Of a DNA stretch of 64,000 nucleotides, positions 58,605 to 64,000 are shown piece by piece. Every line of letters starts with the position of its first letter. Positions within the stretch are counted from its first letter, which is position 1. A program made the position numbers and the translations under genes. The notes beneath the pieces were generated by a model. It did no database searches, was not told the origin of the DNA, and saw nothing but the letters and a program-made list of their open reading frames with translations. The DNA lies in assembly GCA_918797485.1 (NCBI GenBank), contig CAKKNE010000005.1, forward strand, positions 1,922,001 through 1,986,000, given 5' to 3'. Source of the DNA: Pelagomonas calceolata (lineage: Eukaryota).

Positions 58605-60488
58605 ATGTCCTCGTCGATCCAGTTCCGCTTCAGTTCGTCGAAGACGTACGAAGCGGTCACCTTTTCGGGCTTGATGATCAAGCTGCTGGAGCTGAAACGA
58701 GCCATCGTCGAGAAGCGCAACTTGGACAAGGGCACTAGTGATTTTGACCTGAGAATAAGCAACGCCCAAACCGACGAAGTGTATGAGTCCGATGATGTGA
58801 TGGTCCCAAAAAATACGTCTGTCGTGGTACGGCGCGTCCCGTGCACGGCCGAGACCGGTTTATTAGCGAAGCTCGAGGGCGGCGCTCGTATTAGTACAAG
58901 AGCGGCGCGGGCCATTGAAGTGCAAGCGCGCCCGCAAAAGGTCGAGACGGCAGCTGTCTTGAATTCTGTGGGCGACACGCTGAAGGAGTTCACGCCGGCC
59001 GTGCCGCAGGGGCGAGGAAGGGGTCGAGGCGGTCCCGGCGGGCCCGGCGGCTTCCTCGCGACGCATCCGCCCGGTTCGTATGTGTGTCATCGGTGTGGAA
59101 AACCGGGCCACTTCATCAGAGAATGCCCCGAGAACGGCAACGCGGCCTTCGACAACGCGCCGCGCGTGAGACATGGGGTCCCGGGCATGCCCCGCACGTT
59201 CTGGAAAGCTGTTGCGGAAGATGCGATTGATGATGGCGGGTCGACATTAGCTCGCACACCGGAAGGGACAGTCGTCGCTATCGTTCCTCAGGAGGAGCAG
59301 TTTAGACGACTGCAGGGCCGGATGGGCGGCAACACGGCGGCACAGCTGTCGGAGGACGATAAAAGGCGCATGGTCTCCGAGGCGCCGAGTCATTACGTCT
59401 GTCGGTGCTGTAGAGGATTGTTGCGAGATGCCGTACTGTTACCGTGCTGTGGAGAATCCGCGTGCGACGGGTGCGCGCGGCGGCACATCGCCGAGAGCGG
59501 CGGGCGGTGCCCGCTCTGTCGGGCGGCGTCGCCCGCCGATAGGTTGGTGGCGAACCGATCTCTGAGAGCGGCCGTCGCGACGTATCAGGCGGAATGGGGC
59601 AAACGAGAGCGGGACAACCTCGCGCAGCAGCGCGACCTGGCCCTCATCCAGCAGCAGACGCAGAGCGACGCGCTGGCGCCGCGCCAGGTCTCGGGCGTCG
59701 ACGCCGAGTTGGATTTAGGTGGTGCGGCGGCGGCGCCGCCGGCGGCGGCCCCGGCGGCCGACGACGACGACGACTTCGGCGGCGACGTCTTCAACCCGGC
59801 GGCGCCGACGCCGGCGCCCGAGGCGCCCGTGCAAGCGCCGGCCGCGGCGCCGGCGGCCGCGGCGCCGGCCGCGGCCGCGGCCGCGCCGCCGCCGGCCGCG
59901 GCGCCGGCGCCGGCGCCGGCGCGCGCGTCGCCGCCCGCGGTGCCGCAGTACGGCGGCGCGCCCTACGGCTACCCGCCCAACGGCTGGCCGCCGCGCGGCG
60001 CGCCGCCGCCCCAGGCCTGGGGCCCGCCGCGGGGCCCGCCCATGGGCTACGGCCAGGCGCCCTGGGGCCCGCCGGGGGGCATGCCCTACGGCCAGCCGCC
60101 CATGGGCTACGGCCAGTACGGCGCGCCGCGCCCGATGTACGGCCAGCCCTGGGGCGCGCCGCCGCCCGGCGCGTTCCCTCCGCGGGGCTTCCCCGGGGCC
60201 GCGGTACCCGCCGCGGCGCCGGCGCCGGCTCCTTCGAAGGGCCGGTCGCGGTCGCGCGACCGCCAGCGGCGCCGCCGCCGGCGCGACTCGTCGTCGTCGT
60301 CCGACGGCTCGCGCTCGCGCTCGCGCGACCGCAAGCCCGGCGGCGGCCTCGCGGCCCAGGCGGCCGCGGCCGCCAAGTCGGCCGGCGGCGGCACCGTCGA
60401 GGTCGACGTCACGCAAGGCCGGGAGAAAAAGCGCCGCAAGAGAGGTGGCCGCAAGAACCGCGGGAGAAGACGGAAGGGTTCGGGCTGA
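58605..60488 (+). CDS. RBBP6: RBBP6/Mpe1-like E3 ligase (DWNN + zinc knuckle + RING + RS-rich tail)
   Basis: DWNN (IQFRFSS...DFDLRISNAQT.E.Y...VPKNTSVVVRRVP), CHRCGKPGHFIREC, RING CxxC...PCC...CxxC...CPLC. Confidence 0.92.
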   Translation: MSSSIQFRFSSSKTYEAVTFSGLMIKLLELKRAIVEKRNLDKGTSDFDLRISNAQTDEVYESDDVMVPKNTSVVVRRVPCTAETGLLAKLEGGARISTRAARAIEVQARPQKVETAAVLNSVGDTLKEFTPAVPQGRGRGRGGPGGPGGFLATHPPGSYVCHRCGKPGHFIRECPENGNAAFDNAPRVRHGVPGMPRTFWKAVAEDAIDDGGSTLARTPEGTVVAIVPQEEQFRRLQGRMGGNTAAQLSEDDKRRMVSEAPSHYVCRCCRGLLRDAVLLPCCGESACDGCARRHIAESGGRCPLCRAASPADRLVANRSLRAAVATYQAEWGKRERDNLAQQRDLALIQQQTQSDALAPRQVSGVDAELDLGGAAAAPPAAAPAADDDDDFGGDVFNPAAPTPAPEAPVQAPAAAPAAAAPAAAAAAPPPAAAPAPAPARASPPAVPQYGGAPYGYPPNGWPPRGAPPPQAWGPPRGPPMGYGQAPWGPPGGMPYGQPPMGYGQYGAPRPMYGQPWGAPPPGAFPPRGFPGAAVPAAAPAPAPSKGRSRSRDRQRRRRRRDSSSSSDGSRSRSRDRKPGGGLAAQAAAAAKSAGGGTVEVDVTQGREKKRRKRGGRKNRGRRRKGSG

Positions 60489-60756
60489 GGGTCCGGGGGG
60501 CACCACCACATATGTCTGTGATTTTGCTGTTGTGATTGCATTTCTTTTTGCGACGCAACGCCATTCCAGAGAAGCAGGGTCCACGCAGCGAGTACGCAGC
60601 GCTCGACCGTCCACGTGCGGTGCCAGTGAGGGCCGAAGGCTATTGTTTCTCTTTGTCACGACGATGTAGGTGCCCACACCAGGAACCCATAACCAAAAAC
60701 TATCGACGACGCCCCTCCGCTCCCCCTCCTCGCGTAAAGTTACAAAGATTACTGAA

Positions 60757-62238
60757 CTACGACGCCGACCGCCGGAACTTGTCGAGCAGGCTCTGCTGGA
60801 CGCTCCCGGCGCCCGCCGCCGGCGCCGCCGGGGCGGCAACAGGCCGGGATGCCTCCACGCGAGGGGAGGCGGACTCGCTCGTGGCAACAGGCGAGGCCGC
60901 GGTTGCGCCGCCGCGGCGGAAGCGCTCGAGGAGCGATGTGACGACGGTGCCGACGCGTTTCTCGCCGCGCGCCATCTCGCGCGCCCGGTCGATGAACGGG
61001 CTGTCCGGCGCCGGCGCGGCCGCCTCTCGCGCCATTTCCCGCGCGCGGTCGACGAAGGGGCTGTCCGGCGCCGGCGCGGCCGCCTCCCGCGCCATTTCCC
61101 GCGCGCGGTCGACGAAGGGGCTGTTCCCGCGGTCCCGCCGCTCCGCGAGGCGCTTGGCTCGTTCGGCGGCCCACTCGTCGATGCACCGGTAGCCGCAGCC
61201 CTGGTCGCCGTACAAGCAGGCGCCCGCGTCGCGGCCGAGCCGCGCCCGCCGCGCCCCGCCGCGCGCGCAGGCCTCGACCAAGCGACCCTGCATCTTCCGG
61301 AAGCGCCGCAAATGGACCTCGAAGGTCGGTAACGAGGCGATGGTCGCGTCGAGGCGCGCGACGGCGTCGTGGTAGAGCGCCGCGTCGGGGCTAAAGTCCG
61401 CGGGCCGCTTCGAGCGCGGCAGCGGCAGCGGCGGTTCCGAATTCGTGTATTGATCGCCGTAGAACGCGCGCCGGAGGCCCTGCTTAAAATCCCGATCAAG
61501 AGCCTCCGTCTTCGGCCGGCGCTGCGTGTGCGACGTCTTCGCGGAGACGTAGAGCACGTCCTCGAGGTCCAGTTTCAATGAAAGCGCCAGAGCCACGAGC
61601 GACTCGTCCAGGCGGTCCGTGACGAAGATGGCATGGTAGAAGTCCGCCGGCGATTGTGAAGAATCGGGCTCGTGCGCCACGAAGCGGCTCATCTGGCCCG
61701 TGCCCATATCATTTGAAACCCAACTGAGCCGAGCTTCGGACGTCGCGTTGTAGGCGGACCCACCGCTACTCCGCTTGCCGCAGGGCCCGAAGTGCGTGCA
61801 GGCCGAGATGGCGTGCTTGACGGGGTCGCGCACGGCCGTCAGCCGTAATGCCTTTGCTGCCAATGCTTGCAGGGGCCCTGACGACTCCGCCAGCCCCTTT
61901 TTGCGGGGCGACAGCGTCTGCTCCTGGCCCCACCCGACCAGACCCTTGGAGCGCGTCAAGAACCTCCCGAATTCCTCGAGGACCCATCTTTCCCTACCGC
62001 CACTCCGCCAGTCGCGCGGCACTTGCGACGGCATCGTCGGCGCGAAGAAGTCGACGCCGTGTCTTTTGCCGATCCTCCGCACGACGCCGCCCAGCGTCGT
62101 GCCCGCGACCTTCTTGCCCTTGACGAACAGCACGTCGCAGGGGAAGGTCCGCCCGAAGCCGGCGAGCCAGGGCCTGGCTTCCTTTTCTTGGGCCGCAGCG
62201 ATGGCGCCGACCGCCGCGAGGATGATGCATGGCCGCAT
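60757..62238 (-). CDS. Secreted/Golgi sulfotransferase-like protein (Gal-3-O-sulfotransferase-like)
   Basis: Signal peptide; 5'-PSB-like LFVKGKKVAGTT, 3'-PB-like TAVRDP..HAIS, VTDRLDESLV, C-terminal CLYGDQGCGYRCID. Confidence 0.75.
   Translation of the reverse strand: MRPCIILAAVGAIAAAQEKEARPWLAGFGRTFPCDVLFVKGKKVAGTTLGGVVRRIGKRHGVDFFAPTMPSQVPRDWRSGGRERWVLEEFGRFLTRSKGLVGWGQEQTLSPRKKGLAESSGPLQALAAKALRLTAVRDPVKHAISACTHFGPCGKRSSGGSAYNATSEARLSWVSNDMGTGQMSRFVAHEPDSSQSPADFYHAIFVTDRLDESLVALALSLKLDLEDVLYVSAKTSHTQRRPKTEALDRDFKQGLRRAFYGDQYTNSEPPLPLPRSKRPADFSPDAALYHDAVARLDATIASLPTFEVHLRRFRKMQGRLVEACARGGARRARLGRDAGACLYGDQGCGYRCIDEWAAERAKRLAERRDRGNSPFVDRAREMAREAAAPAPDSPFVDRAREMAREAAAPAPDSPFIDRAREMARGEKRVGTVVTSLLERFRRGGATAASPVATSESASPRVEASRPVAAPAAPAAGAGSVQQSLLDKFRRSAS
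60968..61124 (-). repeat. 60-bp coding tandem repeat, about 2.6 copies (SPFVDRAREMAREAAAPAPD)
   Basis: Seen directly in the sequence and its translation. Confidence 0.9.
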
Positions 62239-62315
62239 CGATGCGATGGCGGGTCGCTGCCGCGATGGGCAGCCACCGCGTCCAGGCTCGGTGATGCTCA
62301 CCCAAAAAATTGGCT

Positions 62316-62339
62316 CTGCTGGTGTCTTACATCGCTAGC
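62316..62339 (+). promoter_or_regulatory. Upstream motif variant GCTGGTGTCTTAC-ATC-GCTAGC
   Basis: One-mismatch core; its 3' 18 nt are identical to the 50613 copy; divergent spacer. Confidence 0.6.
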
Positions 62340-62522
62340 TCGCAACTTGCCAATTTGGGCCGCGTGCGTTGCGCACCAGTGACTAGCTGTAAAAGGGACG
62401 CAGCATTCGGCACACGATCGTGCGAAGCTCCTCTGGTGCGCGCAATTCTTACACCAGCTCCGTGCGCCAAGCCAGAGGTCAGCTTTTGAGCTGCGCCGCT
62501 GCCAGCGCGAATCGGCCCAGTA

Positions 62523-63251
62523 ATGACCGAAACCCGTGGCGCTGCTATGCGACAGGCAATGCCATCCCGCCTGCCGCCGCAGCTCATAATTGCTTGGCTA
62601 CCGACCCGCGATGTTGCCTCCGCGCTGCGCGTGTCGAAGGATTGGCGCGGTTCCCCAGAACCGATCTTCAAAGCGATCGCGGGCCGCCATGGGCTCCGGC
62701 TCGTGGACGCTTCGTGGAGAGAGACGGTGCGGCAGTATAGGTCCTCTTTGGGGGACTTTTCATTTGTACTTACCGGTCATCCCACCCCTCTGCGTTTACA
62801 CACGGCGGCAAGGCGCGACGACGTCCCGGCCATCCAAAGACTTATTTCCGAAGGTGTAAATGTAAACCATGCGACTCCTGCCGGCCTGACGGCTCTCCAC
62901 TACGCGGCATTGCGGGAAAATTTGAGTGCTCTAAACGCATTAATTGCCGCCGGCGCCGATCTGAACGCACACAACCGGATACTGCGAACGGCTGCTGGCG
63001 GGGGCACGCCGCTCCACGTCGCCGCGAATTCGACGAGGGCACGTCTATCCGCGCGATACTATTGTGCCGCGCGGCTGATCGAAGCCGGTGCCAACGCACG
63101 GCTTTTGAACGGAGACGAACAGGCGCCTTACCAGAGCCAGTTTCCAGCACACGTGCCCGGACCTCAGGAGCCCAGTTTCTTCGATTTTTCTGACGTGGGC
63201 CCCCATAGATTCCGCAAGCTCCTGGAAGACGCCTTCCATGCCCAGCGCTAA
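62523..63251 (+). CDS. F-box + ankyrin-repeat protein
   Basis: RLPPQLIIAWLP..DV.SALRVSKDWR (F-box); LHTAAR, GLTALHYAA and GGTPLHVAA ankyrin repeats. Confidence 0.8.
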   Translation: MTETRGAAMRQAMPSRLPPQLIIAWLPTRDVASALRVSKDWRGSPEPIFKAIAGRHGLRLVDASWRETVRQYRSSLGDFSFVLTGHPTPLRLHTAARRDDVPAIQRLISEGVNVNHATPAGLTALHYAALRENLSALNALIAAGADLNAHNRILRTAAGGGTPLHVAANSTRARLSARYYCAARLIEAGANARLLNGDEQAPYQSQFPAHVPGPQEPSFFDFSDVGPHRFRKLLEDAFHAQR

Positions 63252-63376
63252 TGCCAGTGATGTAATTATGATGTCAAGTTCACTAATGATTTCTATAATG
63301 ATTTACTAGCACAGGGCCGCGGTTTTTTTCTGGATTTACTAGCGCAAGAGACAGTAAGTCACAACAAGTCTCCTTA

Positions 63377-64000
63377 TCACAGCACGAGCTCCATGGGCGC
63401 CCGCGCGTTGACCCCCGGGAACTCGGCGGCCGTGTCGCTCGGCCGCCGCGCGCAATCGACGAAGCCGAAGCGCGCGTACCAGTCCCGCTTGACCGGCGGG
63501 CACTCTAGATACAATCGCTCCAGGCTCGACGAGCGCGCCTCAGCTAAAATCTCCCGCAGGATCGCCGAGCCGACGCCTCTCCCCTGAAACGCGGGCGAGA
63601 CGGTCATCTGGCGGACCTCGCCCGTGGCGCGCGTCAGCATGCCGCAGCCCGCGACTTCATCGTCGATCGACGCGATATAGATAAGGCGCGTCGCGAGGTG
63701 CTTCTCCAAATCGCAGAAGCGCCCCAAAATAATCTCTAGCTCCTCCGCTGCATAATGCCGCGACAGCTCGTTCTTCTCGTTAGATTCGCGTACCGTTGTC
63801 GTGATCACCTCCTTGATCGATGCGACCAGTGCAGTATCATCTAAACTCTCCAGGACGCGCACCTCTATCTGATGTGGCTCCCGCTTGATGGGCTCCTCGT
63901 CAATGTTATACACGTTGATCTTCACGGTGCCGCTCAGGTAAAAAATTAGAGCCGCGACGCCGACGGACCAGACGACGTACTCCGTCCAGTCGCTCGCGCT
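63377..64000 (-). CDS. GNAT-family acetyltransferase with an upstream TM helix (5' end outside the window)
   Basis: VSPAFQGRGVGSAIL (acetyl-CoA motif A), WYARFGF; the frame stays open to 64000 (YVVWSVGVAALIFYL). Confidence 0.85.
   Translation of the reverse strand, partial: SASDWTEYVVWSVGVAALIFYLSGTVKINVYNIDEEPIKREPHQIEVRVLESLDDTALVASIKEVITTTVRESNEKNELSRHYAAEELEIILGRFCDLEKHLATRLIYIASIDDEVAGCGMLTRATGEVRQMTVSPAFQGRGVGSAILREILAEARSSSLERLYLECPPVKRDWYARFGFVDCARRPSDTAAEFPGVNARAPMELVL

Noticed and set aside
1..64000. tRNA/rRNA/snRNA genes
   Set aside because: None recognised by eye; a covariance-model search would be needed to exclude them

Overview
Compact, very GC-rich eukaryotic DNA from a photosynthetic stramenopile, most likely a pelagophyte (Pelagomonas/Aureococcus-like). 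This is inferred from bipartite plastid presequences, a mitochondrion-targeted enolase, short intergenic spacers and introner-type introns. About 36 mostly single-exon genes can be supported: enolase, MORC-like ATPase, exostosin, two Mpv17 proteins, cysteine synthase, IFT144/WDR19, FKBP, class I aldolase, XPF, LPAAT, Rab28, cyclin, ADPRM, GST, RBBP6 and others. Main findings: (1) a tandem pair of genes fusing a RelA/SpoT-type nucleotidyltransferase domain to a multi-TM region and a C-terminal LRR, a candidate alarmone-producing membrane receptor; (2) a 4.3-kb Sola3-like DNA transposon next to them, with TIRs, an ACTA target duplication and a multi-domain, intron-interrupted transposase; (3) several introner-like introns, one with TIRs and an 8-bp TSD; (4) a recurrent upstream element, GCTAGTGTCTTAC-N3-5-GCTAGC, in front of about a dozen genes; (5) a dispersed 16-mer in introns and 3' spacers; (6) a templated insertion at the GST 3' end that may be a newly formed intron. 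All calls are made by eye without database searches.
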